From Dehalococcoidia bacterium (GTDB lineage Bacteria; Chloroflexota; Dehalococcoidia; Lucifugimonadales; Australimonadaceae): a stretch of 64,000 nt of DNA. Location of the stretch: the NCBI GenBank assembly GCA_965206315.1, contig OZ242210.1:1730822-1794821 (forward strand), read 5' to 3'. This document shows, one piece after another, positions 36,240-45,517 of this stretch. The notes below the pieces were generated by a model. The model saw only the letters and a list, made by a program, of their open reading frames with translations, searched no databases and had not been told where the DNA came from. Every line of letters begins with the position of its first letter. Position 1 is the first letter of the stretch. Both the position numbers and the translations under genes were made by a program.

Positions 36240-37313
36240 ATGTTCGAACGGCTCGATAACCTGCTGAAGCGCCGTGAGGAGATAGACACGCTCCTTGCTT
36301 CACTGGAAGTCGTTTCCGATCCTGCCCAGCTCACGAGGCTGGGCAGGGAGCGTGCCGCTCTGCTGCCGGTGGTGAACGCGTGGGAGCGACTCCAGACCGC
36401 CCGGAATGAACTGGCGGAGGCGAAAGAGCTCGCTTCCGATGAGGACCCGGAAGTTGCGGCGCTCGCCACGGAAGAGGCCGAGAGCCTCGACGCCGAAGTG
36501 GAGCGGCTGAACGAGGAGCTTCGGGAGGCCCTGCTGCCCAAGGACCCGAACGACAGCAAGAACGTGATCATGGAGATCCGCGGCGGGGCCGGAGGGGACG
36601 AGGCCGCGCTCTTCGCGGGCGATCTCTTCCGCATGTACCAGCGGTATGCACAGCGCCACGGGTTGCGCGTGGACATCGTCAACACGAGCGAGACCGAGCA
36701 GGGCGGGTTGAAAGAGGTGGTCTGCGAGATAGAGGGGGCGGACGCCTACCGCCTCCTGAAGCACGAGAGCGGCGTGCATCGCGTACAGCGCGTGCCCGTG
36801 ACCGAGGCGCAGGGTCGCATACACACGTCGACCGCCACGGTGGCCGTGCTGCCGGAGGCGGACGAGGTGGACGTGGATATCAGACCCGAAGACCTGCGGG
36901 TAGACATCTTCCACTCCGGCGGCCCCGGCGGGCAGAACGTCAACAAGGTCGCCACCGCCGTGCGCGTCGTGCACAACCCCACGGGCATCATGGTCGTCTC
37001 GCAGGACGAGCGGTCGCAGCTGCGGAACAAGACGAAGGCGATGGCCGTGCTCCGCTCACGCCTCTACGAGCAGCAGTTGCGGGAGCAGCAGGCCGCGACG
37101 TCGGCGACGCGGCGCTCCCAGGTGGGCGCGGGCGACCGCTCGGAGAAGGTGCGCACCTACAACTTCCCGCAGGACCGCCTCACGGACCATCGCATCGGCA
37201 TGTCGGTCCACGGTCTGCAGGAGATCATGGCCGGGCAGATAGACGCGGTGGTCGATGCGCTGCTGCGGGACGAGCAGGCCCGGTTGCTGGAGGAGGCGGA
37301 GGCAGCCGTCTGA
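36240..37313 (+). CDS. prfA: peptide chain release factor 1
   Basis: PVT tripeptide (RVPVTEAQGRIHTS) and HSGGPGGQNVNKVATAV GGQ motif. Confidence 0.95.
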   Translation: MFERLDNLLKRREEIDTLLASLEVVSDPAQLTRLGRERAALLPVVNAWERLQTARNELAEAKELASDEDPEVAALATEEAESLDAEVERLNEELREALLPKDPNDSKNVIMEIRGGAGGDEAALFAGDLFRMYQRYAQRHGLRVDIVNTSETEQGGLKEVVCEIEGADAYRLLKHESGVHRVQRVPVTEAQGRIHTSTATVAVLPEADEVDVDIRPEDLRVDIFHSGGPGGQNVNKVATAVRVVHNPTGIMVVSQDERSQLRNKTKAMAVLRSRLYEQQLREQQAATSATRRSQVGAGDRSEKVRTYNFPQDRLTDHRIGMSVHGLQEIMAGQIDAVVDALLRDEQARLLEEAEAAV

Positions 37314-37334
37314 CGTCCGTCGTCCGCGAGCGGG

Positions 37335-37778
37335 CTACGCCGCCACCGGGTCGGCGGACCCGGCAGCCGTATCGGAAGCCGACGCCGAGGGGAGCGTCTC
37401 GTCCCACTCCATGCCTCCGCGCTTCCACTCGTAAGCCCAGCCCGCGACCATCACGGCGGTGAAGAACAGGATGGCCCCGAACGCGGACCAGCCCATGACG
37501 CCTGCCTGGGACGCCCACGGGAAGAGGAAGACGACTTCCACGTCGAACAGGAGAAAGAGGAGTGCGAACCGGTAGTAGCGCACGTTGAAGCGCTCCCAGC
37601 GTCCGCGCTCCGGCTCCATGCCGCACTCGTAGGGGGTGTACTTGATGGGGTTGGGCCGGAACGGACGAGCCTTGATCCTGGTGGCGACCTGTGAGAGCAC
37701 GAGCACGCTTGCGGGTATGACAACCGCAACCGCGGAGAGCATGAGAACGAGCCCGTACTGCCGGAGGTAGTCTTCCAT
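37335..37778 (-). CDS. nuoA: NADH-quinone oxidoreductase subunit A
   Basis: KYTPYECGMEP...RYYRFALLFLLFDVEVVFLFPWA. No other nuo gene is adjacent. Confidence 0.88.
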   Translation of the reverse strand: MEDYLRQYGLVLMLSAVAVVIPASVLVLSQVATRIKARPFRPNPIKYTPYECGMEPERGRWERFNVRYYRFALLFLLFDVEVVFLFPWASQAGVMGWSAFGAILFFTAVMVAGWAYEWKRGGMEWDETLPSASASDTAAGSADPVAA

Positions 37779-37959
37779 GGGCTCATGCTATGGATGGCGG
37801 AAGGCCAGCGTCAAGCCTCGCCCCCGGAAGCGGTCAGGAGTGGGGACGCCCTCCGTCGCTTGCGCCGCATACTCGGCAGGTGCTAGCATGCGCCATTGTG
37901 TCCGCTTGTTCCGCAGGGAACTCCGCAAGCGGTACTTTCCGGAAAGGGGGGCTGCTTGA

Positions 37960-38331
37960 TTGGAAGCGCTGGGTCGCCACGTTCTGCTGGAGCTTCGCTC
38001 CTGTAATCCCGCATTGCTCGATGACCTTCCGTTCCTGGAAGGTATGATGCTGCGCGCCGCAGAAGAGACCGGCGCGACCGTTATCGGCAAGATCTTCCAT
38101 CAGTTCAGTCCCCAGGGCGTTACCGGCGTCGTCGCCATCGCCGAATCCCACCTCTGCATCCATACCTGGCCCGAATACGCTTACGCTGCAGTGGACATCT
38201 TCACCTGCGGTGAGAACTTCGATCCCACGGAAGCGGCCAAGCTCATCATCGTCGGCCTCGAATCGGCTGACTCGGAGATCACGGAGGTCGCACGCGGCGT
38301 CGACATCCTCTCCGTCGCCACCCCCGCCTGA
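37960..38331 (+). CDS. speH: S-adenosylmethionine decarboxylase proenzyme (small bacterial/archaeal type)
   Basis: GVTGVVAIAESHLCIHTWPEYAYAAVDIFTCG (ES self-cleavage site). TTG start with AAGGGGGG upstream. Confidence 0.88.
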   Translation: MEALGRHVLLELRSCNPALLDDLPFLEGMMLRAAEETGATVIGKIFHQFSPQGVTGVVAIAESHLCIHTWPEYAYAAVDIFTCGENFDPTEAAKLIIVGLESADSEITEVARGVDILSVATPA

Positions 38332-38332
38332 C

Positions 38333-39262
38333 ATGAACGGACTCTCTCCCCGGACGCTCTGGTACATGGAGTACCTGACGCCTGACCTCGTACAGGCATC
38401 CAGCGTCCGGGAGGTCATCTACGAAGGCGACACTCCCTATCAGCACGTGCAGGTGCTGGAGACCGGCTCCTTCGGCAGGATGCTCGTGCTGGACGGCAAG
38501 ACGCAGTCTTCCGAGTCTGACGAATGGGTCTACCACGAGGCGCTCGTCCAGCCCGTGATGCTCGCGCACGCGGACCCCCGCCGCGTCATGGTCGCCGGCG
38601 GCGGCGAGGGCGCCACGATCAGGGAGGTGCTGCGCCACGACTCGGTCGAGGAGGTCGTCATGGTCGACCTCGACAAGGCCGTGGTCGATCTCTGCAAGGA
38701 GCATCTCCCCGAGCATCATCGCGGCGCGTTCGACGACCCCCGAGTGACGCTGCTGCACGAGGACGCGCTGGCGTACCTGGAGCAGCGAGAGACTCCCTTC
38801 GACGTCATCGTCATCGACGTGCCGGACCCGTTGGAAGGCGGGCCCGCGTACCTGCTCTTCACGGTGGAGTTCTACGAACTGGTGCGGGCGCGGCTCGCGC
38901 CGGGCGGGCTGATGGTCGCGCAGTCCGGCCCCACAGGCCCCACGAACGTGCGCGAGGTCTTCACGGCCATCGCCCGGACGATGCAGCGCGTGTTCGACCA
39001 CACGTCCGGCTATCACACGCACATCCCCAGTTTCGGGATGACGTGGGGGTTCATCGCCTGCGGCGGCGCGGATGCGCCGAACGTTGCAGCGATGAGCGGA
39101 CCGGAAGTGGACGCGCGCGTGCGTGAGCGCGTCGCGTCGCCGCTGCGCTTCTACGACGGCGAGGCGCACCGGGGGATGTTCGGCCTGCCGAAGTACGTTC
39201 GCGATGCGGTCGCCGCGGAGACGCGCATCATCACGCGGGACAACCCCATCTACGCGGTCTAG
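38333..39262 (+). CDS. speE: spermidine synthase (polyamine aminopropyltransferase)
   Basis: YQHVQVLETGSFGRMLVLDGKTQSSESDEWVYHEALV, GGGEGATIREVL and VMVDLD. The ATG lies 1 nt after the speH stop. Confidence 0.92.
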   Translation: MNGLSPRTLWYMEYLTPDLVQASSVREVIYEGDTPYQHVQVLETGSFGRMLVLDGKTQSSESDEWVYHEALVQPVMLAHADPRRVMVAGGGEGATIREVLRHDSVEEVVMVDLDKAVVDLCKEHLPEHHRGAFDDPRVTLLHEDALAYLEQRETPFDVIVIDVPDPLEGGPAYLLFTVEFYELVRARLAPGGLMVAQSGPTGPTNVREVFTAIARTMQRVFDHTSGYHTHIPSFGMTWGFIACGGADAPNVAAMSGPEVDARVRERVASPLRFYDGEAHRGMFGLPKYVRDAVAAETRIITRDNPIYAV

Positions 39263-39264
39263 GA

Positions 39265-39291
39265 CCGTCATTCCCGCGCAGGCGGGAATCC
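39265..39291. repeat. REP-like type 1 hairpin
   Basis: CCGTCATTCCCGCGCAGGCGGGAATCC. Confidence 0.8.
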
Positions 39292-39363
39292 AGCGCGCGA
39301 AGCGCCCTTGGACGCGAGAAGGGGCGCATGACGCGCCCCTTTCCTTGCGGGTTGCTGCTCCGG

Positions 39364-39825
39364 TCAGGAAGCGACCGCGTCCGAGGAGGTCCCACCGGAG
39401 TCCTTGTCCCGGGACTTCCAGCCGTGACTCCAGGATCCGCCTCGCTTGCCGTAGTGGCCGCGTCCGAAGCCGAACTTGCCGTGCGAACGGTCGGGCGCGA
39501 TCTCGGGCGGGTTCAGGTACCAGTCAAGGTACTCGTCCGCCTGCTCCTGCGTGATCTTGCCTTCCTCGACCATCGCCGCCAGCTTGTCGCGCAGCCGTTG
39601 CTCCCAGGCCGCCTTCCGCTCGGCCTCCAACTCCACCTTCGTTTCCTCAACCGCCGTCTGGACCTGGTCCTCGTCGATGCCGAGCTTCTCCGCGAGTATC
39701 TCTACGAAGCGCGACACCGAAGAAGAGTCGTCGTCCGACTCGCCCTGGGCGAACGCGGTCCCCGCGATGGCTCCGGTCAGGAGCAGGGCCGCCAAGGCCG
39801 GGATGATCAGCCACTTTCTGCGCAT
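39364..39825 (-). CDS. secreted hypothetical protein (signal peptide, acidic helical core, Gly/basic tail)
   Basis: MRRKWLIIPALAALLLTGAIAGTAFAQG signal; no domain recognised. Confidence 0.55.
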   Translation of the reverse strand: MRRKWLIIPALAALLLTGAIAGTAFAQGESDDDSSSVSRFVEILAEKLGIDEDQVQTAVEETKVELEAERKAAWEQRLRDKLAAMVEEGKITQEQADEYLDWYLNPPEIAPDRSHGKFGFGRGHYGKRGGSWSHGWKSRDKDSGGTSSDAVAS

Positions 39826-39954
39826 GCTGCCGCCTCCTCTAACGCACTACAGGACACTACGCGCCGCGCCGCCGTGCGGATTCATGGCGTCGAGCGGGTT
39901 CTCCCGAAGCGCGCAGCGCTACGTCGTTGAAGGCGCAGTGTGGCGGGTGCATAG

Positions 39955-40473
39955 TTGGACTCGATGAACCCCATAGATCTGCTCATCCTCGTGCTGGTGG
40001 TAGGCGGAGGTTTCCTCGGCTGGGTGAACGGGCTCGTCAAGTGGCTGTTCACCTTCCTGGGACTCATCGTGGGCGTCGTACTCGCCAGCAGGCTCTACGA
40101 GACGCTCGATTGGGCCATCCCGCTGGTCGATAGCGATGGCGTGCGGCAGTTCGTCATATTCATCCTCATCGTCGGCGCCGCATCGATAGGGGGGTGGATG
40201 CTGGGACGCGCGGTCAAGATGACGTTGAGCATCCTGATGCTGGGGTGGGTCGACCGGGGCGCGGGGATGGCGATAGGGCTGGTCGTCGGCCTGCTTGCCT
40301 CAGCGGCGGTTGCCCTGGCAGTGACCTCCATACCGGTGGAGGAGGCGCAGCAGGCGGTCGAGGATTCGCTCCTGGCGGACACGCTCCTGGATGCGACGAC
40401 GCTCCTGCGCGGGCTCATGCCGTCGGAGTTCGACGTGAAGAGTTCGCTGTTCGGCGGCGCCGGCCGCGCATAG
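39955..40473 (+). CDS. cvpA: CvpA family membrane protein
   Basis: NPIDLLILVLVVGGGFLGWVNGLVKWLFTFLGLIVGVVLA plus three or four TM helices. Confidence 0.75.
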   Translation: MDSMNPIDLLILVLVVGGGFLGWVNGLVKWLFTFLGLIVGVVLASRLYETLDWAIPLVDSDGVRQFVIFILIVGAASIGGWMLGRAVKMTLSILMLGWVDRGAGMAIGLVVGLLASAAVALAVTSIPVEEAQQAVEDSLLADTLLDATTLLRGLMPSEFDVKSSLFGGAGRA

Positions 40474-40571
40474 CCCTTGTGGCCGGCTTACGGACAGAGG
40501 TTGCCGTATGCTCCGCCGCCCTCTTATGATTTGAGAGAGCGAGCCTCTGAACGGACGGCAGGCTCGTTGGG

Positions 40572-41132
40572 GTGGACGCTCTGAGCGAGGCTGTTCTCAT
40601 CCTGAACCAGAACTACGAGCCGTTGAACGTCTGCGGCGTGAGGCGGGCGCTGCTCCTTGTCCTGGGGCAGAAAGCGCAGCCCCTCGAGCTGGGGACCGGC
40701 GAGTACCACTCCGTGTCGCAGAACTTCCCCATCCCCTCGGTCATACGCCTGCTGTACATGGTGAAGCGGCCGCTGTTCACGCGCCGTCTCTCTCGTCGCG
40801 AGGTGTTCTGGCGGGACCAGTTCTCGTGCCAGTACTGCGGCAGGCAGACACGGGAACTGACGCTCGATCACGTCGTGCCCCGCGTGCTGAACGGCCCGCA
40901 CACCTGGGAGAACGTCGTGGCGGCTTGTGTGCCGTGCAACCATCGCAAGGCAGGGCGCACGCCCGCACAGGCGAACATGCGTCTGCTGCGTGAGCCGATG
41001 CCGCCCAGGGCGAACCCGTACTACCACCTGATGCATCGGAGCCTGCCCGACGAGTGGAGCATGTACCTGCCGTGGATGGTGCAGCCGCGGCGCAGCACGG
41101 AGAGCGAGTTCGTGGCGCTCGCGGAGGCGTAG
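40572..41132 (+). CDS. HNH endonuclease (McrA-like, widely conserved housekeeping-type)
   Basis: FSCQYCGRQTRELTLDHVVPRVLNGPHTWENVVAACVPCNHRKAGR; GTG start. Confidence 0.85.
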   Translation: MDALSEAVLILNQNYEPLNVCGVRRALLLVLGQKAQPLELGTGEYHSVSQNFPIPSVIRLLYMVKRPLFTRRLSRREVFWRDQFSCQYCGRQTRELTLDHVVPRVLNGPHTWENVVAACVPCNHRKAGRTPAQANMRLLREPMPPRANPYYHLMHRSLPDEWSMYLPWMVQPRRSTESEFVALAEA

Positions 41133-41175
41133 GGACTGCTGCGCTGCTGCGCCGGCCGAGGTGCCCCACTCCGGG

Positions 41176-41218
41176 TTCACCCCCATCCTAACCTTCCCCC
41201 ATCAAGGGGGAAGGGATC
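41176..41218. repeat. REP-like type 2 hairpin
   Basis: TTCACCCCCATCCTAACCTTCCCCCATCAAGGGGGAAGGGATC; overlaps the holB stop codon. Confidence 0.85.
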
Positions 41219-42236
41219 AGCCACTCGATTCCACCTTCGTTGCGCGTGCTTCCAGTAGCGGCGCTTCCAGCATGAAGACGTCCAGCGCGAGCCGGACGTT
41301 GGCGTTGCGCTCCAGCGCCTCGATGGTGCGGGTCACGTTCTGCGCCCACCGGACGACGTCCGCTGGCTGGAGAGCAGCGGCCTGCCGCTCCAGCACCTCC
41401 CGCCAGGAGAGGTTGGTGATGCTCGCCCCGTGCCCCTGCTGGATGAGCATGATGTCCCGCAGCCACCGCAGCCAGAGGAAGAGCTCCTCCCGGCCCGCGC
41501 CGCGATCGCGGTCGATGCGCCGGGCGAGTTCGCCCGCATAGGTGAACCGCTCCTCCAGTCCCCCGTCGATGGCGTCCACGATCTGCTCCATCCGCTGATG
41601 CACCGACGCGTAGAGCGTGTCGTCTCCCGTCGCGGCGATGGCCCAGCCGATGCAGCCGCGCGAGAGACGGGCGAGCACCTGCGCCTGCTCCTCGCTCACA
41701 CTATGCTCCTCCTGCAGGACGTGCGCGACCTCATCCACCGGCAGGGGGCGGAAGTAGAGCGTCTGGCAGCGGGAGCGGACGGTCGGCAGCTGGTTGTCCG
41801 CGCTGGTTCCCACGAGGATGAGCACCACGTCGTCAGGCGGCTCCTCCAGCACCTTGAGCAGGGCGTTGGCGGCGTCGCGGGTGAGAGAGTCGGCCTCGGT
41901 GATGATGAACACGCGGGTGCGTCCTTCGTAGGGGCGCAGGTGGGCGGAGTTGATGATGTCGCGTACCGCGTCGATGCCGATGGACGCCGCGTTCTCGCCG
42001 AGGTCGATGAGGCGCACGTCGGCGTGATTGCCCTCGGCGATGCGGACGCAACTCGGGCAGACGCCGCACGGAGGCGCGTCCGCGTCGCAGTTGAGGGCCT
42101 GTGCGAACTGGACGGCGAGGGTTGCCTTCCCCAGGTGCGCGGGGCCGGTGAAGAGGTAGGCGTGGTGGATGCGGCCCTCCGCCAGTGAGCGCTTCAGGGT
42201 CTGGACCGGAAGTTGCTGGCCGTGCAGACGCAGCAT
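41217..42236 (-). CDS. holB: DNA polymerase III subunit delta-prime
   Basis: RIHHAYLFTGPAHLGKATLAVQFAQALNC, Cys cluster CGVCPSC and VFIITEADSLT. Confidence 0.88.
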   Translation of the reverse strand: MLRLHGQQLPVQTLKRSLAEGRIHHAYLFTGPAHLGKATLAVQFAQALNCDADAPPCGVCPSCVRIAEGNHADVRLIDLGENAASIGIDAVRDIINSAHLRPYEGRTRVFIITEADSLTRDAANALLKVLEEPPDDVVLILVGTSADNQLPTVRSRCQTLYFRPLPVDEVAHVLQEEHSVSEEQAQVLARLSRGCIGWAIAATGDDTLYASVHQRMEQIVDAIDGGLEERFTYAGELARRIDRDRGAGREELFLWLRWLRDIMLIQQGHGASITNLSWREVLERQAAALQPADVVRWAQNVTRTIEALERNANVRLALDVFMLEAPLLEARATKVESSG

Positions 42237-42239
42237 GGG

Positions 42240-43556
42240 TCAGACGACGTCCTGCGCGATGAGGTCCTCGTAGGACTCGCGGCGTCGCATGAGGGTCGCC
42301 GCGCCCTCCGACGCCATGACGATGGCGGGGCGGCCGTTCATGTTGTAGACGCTGGCCATGGACGGGGCATACGCGCCGGACGCGGGGATGGCGATGATGT
42401 CGTTCGCGTGCACCGGAGCGAGGGACGCGTCGTGGATGAGTACGTCGCCGGACTCGCAGTACTTCCCGGCGATGGTGACGGTCTCGGTGGCAGCGTCGTT
42501 GGCCCGGTTGGCGAGGGTGGCGATGTAGCGCGAGCCGTAGAGCGCGGGTCGGATGTTGTCGCCCATGCCGCCGTCCACGGAGACGTAGGTGCGGACGCCC
42601 GGCACTTCCTTGATGGCGCCGACGGTGTAGACGGCGACCCCGGCAGGGCCGGCGAGCGAGCGCCCCGGTTCGATGGTCAGCTCGGGCTGGGGGAGGCCGT
42701 TCGCGGCGCAGCCGTCCGTGAGCGCGCCGACGATGGCCTCGGCGTATTCGTCTATCGAGGGCGGTGCGTCGTCCTCGGTGTAGGCGATGGCGAAGCCGCC
42801 GCCGGGGCTGAAGCGGCGCATCTCCAGGCCGTACTCGCCCATGCGGGCCGCGAACCGCAGCACGCGCTCGATCGCCTCGGTGTACGGCTCGAGTTCGAAG
42901 ATGGGTGAGCCGAGGTGGAAGTGGATGCCCTGCATGTCCAGGTTGGGCGCGGCCATCACCTGCCGGACCGCCTCCTCGGCGTCGCCGGTCTCGATGGGGA
43001 AGCCGAACTTGCTGTCCAGTACACCCGTGGTGGTGAGGCGATGGGTGTGCGGGTCTATGGAGGGCGAGACGCGGATGAGGACGGGTTGCCTGCGTCCGAC
43101 CGCGCCCGCCGCTTCGTCGAGCAGGCGCAGTTCGTGGAAGCTGTCTATCACGAAGGTGCCAACGCCCCAGGCGACTCCTTGTGCGATCTCCTCGGGCGTC
43201 TTGTTGTTGCCGTGGAAGTCCACTGTGGCGAGGTCGACGCCCGCGGCGCGCAGCACGGCAACCTCTCCCCCCGAGACGACGTCGAACCCGAGGCCGAGGC
43301 CTGTGAGGTAGCGCGCGAGTGGGACGTTGATGAACGCCTTGCAGGCGTAGACGACACGGCTTTCGGCGTAGCGGGAGCGGAAGGCGTTCAGGAAGCCCTC
43401 CGCCTGGTTGCGGAGCGTGGCCTCGTCGAACACGTAGAGCGGCGTGCCGAACTCGCGGGCGAGCGACGTGACGTCGCAGCCGCCGATCTCCAGGTTGCCG
43501 TCGTCGTTGACGGCGGTGGTGATGGGGAAGACTTTCGAGTCGAGAGGGACAGACAT
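42240..43556 (-). CDS. lysA: diaminopimelate decarboxylase
   Basis: YACKAF (PLP Lys), HFHLGS, GGGFAI, CESGDVL and GAYAPSMAS. Confidence 0.93.
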   Translation of the reverse strand: MSVPLDSKVFPITTAVNDDGNLEIGGCDVTSLAREFGTPLYVFDEATLRNQAEGFLNAFRSRYAESRVVYACKAFINVPLARYLTGLGLGFDVVSGGEVAVLRAAGVDLATVDFHGNNKTPEEIAQGVAWGVGTFVIDSFHELRLLDEAAGAVGRRQPVLIRVSPSIDPHTHRLTTTGVLDSKFGFPIETGDAEEAVRQVMAAPNLDMQGIHFHLGSPIFELEPYTEAIERVLRFAARMGEYGLEMRRFSPGGGFAIAYTEDDAPPSIDEYAEAIVGALTDGCAANGLPQPELTIEPGRSLAGPAGVAVYTVGAIKEVPGVRTYVSVDGGMGDNIRPALYGSRYIATLANRANDAATETVTIAGKYCESGDVLIHDASLAPVHANDIIAIPASGAYAPSMASVYNMNGRPAIVMASEGAATLMRRRESYEDLIAQDVV

Positions 43557-43780
43557 GAAGTTCTCCTGTCAGTGATTGCCGGTTAAGTGTGCCATCTGGG
43601 ACTCCGGCGCGCCATCGGCGGATGCCGGGAGCCCGCGAGCAAGGCGGCATTCAAGGCATCATGGTCACGAGTGAGGAAGGGGGCGAGGCGGCAACTCGCC
43701 GTCTTGCTCGCCAAGGCCGCGGCCTGCTTCCCGGACCAAGGCGGCAAGATGTGGGGCCGGGCGTGCGTGTAACTGTTCGT

Positions 43781-43907
43781 GCCATAGACCCCATCGATAG
43801 CCTGGTGGCCGGGCCACAAGCGCGGTCTACGGGTGCAATCAGTGCGACGGTCATGCAACCAGCGTACGGGGCCAGAGTGCGACCGCGAAAGGGGCGGGTG
43901 TCAGTGG
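43781..43907 (+). repeat. copy D of the ~130-bp repeat family
   Basis: GCCATAGACC...GCGGTCTACGG...CGACGGTCATGCAACCAGCGTACGG...GACCGCGAAAGGGGCGGGTGTCAGTGG. It abuts the stop of the next gene. Confidence 0.85.
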
Positions 43908-44684
43908 TCAATCTTCGTGGCGACGGCCGATGGCGGCATATATCCGGTGCGGCACGGGGAGCGGATTGTCCGGGAACCGCTCGGCGAGCATGTCGGCGTG
44001 AGTCCGGTCGAACGCTGCCACCTTATCGGGCGTGAGGGTCGCTCCGATACCAGCACTCGCCCTGATCCTTCCCCGCCAGGCTTCGTGCGTGTACGGGATG
44101 TCGATGTCGTACTCGAAACTGCGGACGTTGGAGAACCCTGCGAGCCGGAGGTCGTCCAGCCATCCGGGGTGTTGTCCTGTCCCTCCGTAGAGCGTCCAGC
44201 CCGGGTTGGCCTGCCGAATCAACTGCTCGGTGGCCTCCGGCACGCTTCCCGGCATCGGGAGCCAGTCCAGCGACGTGATCACGATATGGCCGCCCGGCGC
44301 CAGCAGCCGGTGCGCCTCTCTCGCAGCCAGTTCCGCTTCGAACCACCACCAGCACTGCGCAGCGATCACGAGGTCGAAGGACTCCGAGGGCAGTCCGGTG
44401 GCCTCGGCGGTCGTATGCACGTACCCCACCTGCACGCCGGCCGTCTTATCGAGGTTCCGGGCTTGGCTCGTGAGCGCATCCGACGGGTCGACGCCGATCA
44501 CGCTGGCCGCGTCGCGGACGGCGAGCGTCCGGGCTACCGAACCCGTTCCGGTGCCGAGGTCGACGGCGCGGGCTCCCTGGATGGGAACGCTATGCTCTTC
44601 AAGCAGGTCGAAGAAGCTGTCGGGGAAGCCTGCGCGGTACGTGGCGTAATCGGCAGCCGTCTGGCCGAAGTCGACACCCCGCAT
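43908..44684 (-). CDS. class I SAM-dependent methyltransferase
   Basis: AVDLGTGTGSVARTL (motif I) and FDLVIAAQCWWWF. Internal ATG chosen at 44684. Confidence 0.8.
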   Translation of the reverse strand: MRGVDFGQTAADYATYRAGFPDSFFDLLEEHSVPIQGARAVDLGTGTGSVARTLAVRDAASVIGVDPSDALTSQARNLDKTAGVQVGYVHTTAEATGLPSESFDLVIAAQCWWWFEAELAAREAHRLLAPGGHIVITSLDWLPMPGSVPEATEQLIRQANPGWTLYGGTGQHPGWLDDLRLAGFSNVRSFEYDIDIPYTHEAWRGRIRASAGIGATLTPDKVAAFDRTHADMLAERFPDNPLPVPHRIYAAIGRRHED

Positions 44685-44730
44685 CTCGCGGGCCCGGCTG
44701 GTGGGGTCGGGATTATGGTGGGTCACGTCC

Positions 44731-45279
44731 TCAGACGGGGAGCTGGTCGGCGTCCGGGGCGGCAACGACGCCGAACGTGGTGTTGATCGCCGAGATGTAC
44801 TGGTACTGGCCGACGGTGGCAGCGAGCTCGACGAGCCATCGGACGCCCTTGCGGCCCACCAGCGCGTCGAAGAGGTCTTGCTCGACCTTGTTGTTCTGCA
44901 GGAGTTGCCGTACGAACTCGATGATGTCGCGCTCGTCCTCTTCGAGGCCACTGGTGTCCTGCCTGTGCCTGACGGCTTCGATGGCCTCTTCCCGCATGCC
45001 GGCAGCGCGTCCGGCTCTCACGTGCGCGGCCCACTCGTAGGTCGCGTCCTTCTCCCTGGCGACGGCGATGATGGCCAGTTCGCGCTCGACCGGGCTGAGG
45101 GTCGAGCCCAGCCTGACCTGCGCGCCGGCCTCCATGACTTTCCGGGCGAGGCCGGGGCTGTGCATGAGGACGGCGAAAGGCCCTCGCACCCCGTGAAGCG
45201 TTTCGACGATCGCGTCGAACTCAGCGTGCCGGTCTTCGGGGACCTGGGCCTTGTCGGTGATCATCTCGATGCGTGGCAT
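44731..45279 (-). CDS. carboxymuconolactone decarboxylase (AhpD-like) family protein
   Basis: LSPVERELAIIAVAREKDATYEWAAHV pattern; start at MPRIEMI. Confidence 0.7.
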   Translation of the reverse strand: MPRIEMITDKAQVPEDRHAEFDAIVETLHGVRGPFAVLMHSPGLARKVMEAGAQVRLGSTLSPVERELAIIAVAREKDATYEWAAHVRAGRAAGMREEAIEAVRHRQDTSGLEEDERDIIEFVRQLLQNNKVEQDLFDALVGRKGVRWLVELAATVGQYQYISAINTTFGVVAAPDADQLPV

Positions 45280-45360
45280 GACTTCTCCTGGCGGCATCAA
45301 CGCCCGGTCCGCTCGGGAGCATTTTCTCCGGCTATTGTACTGCCCCACACCACGCCACGG

Positions 45361-45412
45361 TTCACCCTCACCCGCCGCTGTGCGGCGACCTCTCCCAAGG
45401 GGAGAGGTAGGG
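45361..45412. repeat. REP-like type 3 hairpin
   Basis: TTCACCCTCACCCGCCGCTGTGCGGCGACCTCTCCCAAGGGGAGAGGTAGGG. Confidence 0.8.
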
Positions 45413-45517
45413 AACAGCCCGAGAGATTTCTCGGCTGCACTCGAAATGACATGGGCAGGCGCACGGCCCGGTGCGTTGCGCTAGAATCCCGCCATCCGGA
45501 GTACGGAGGGAGGACGT

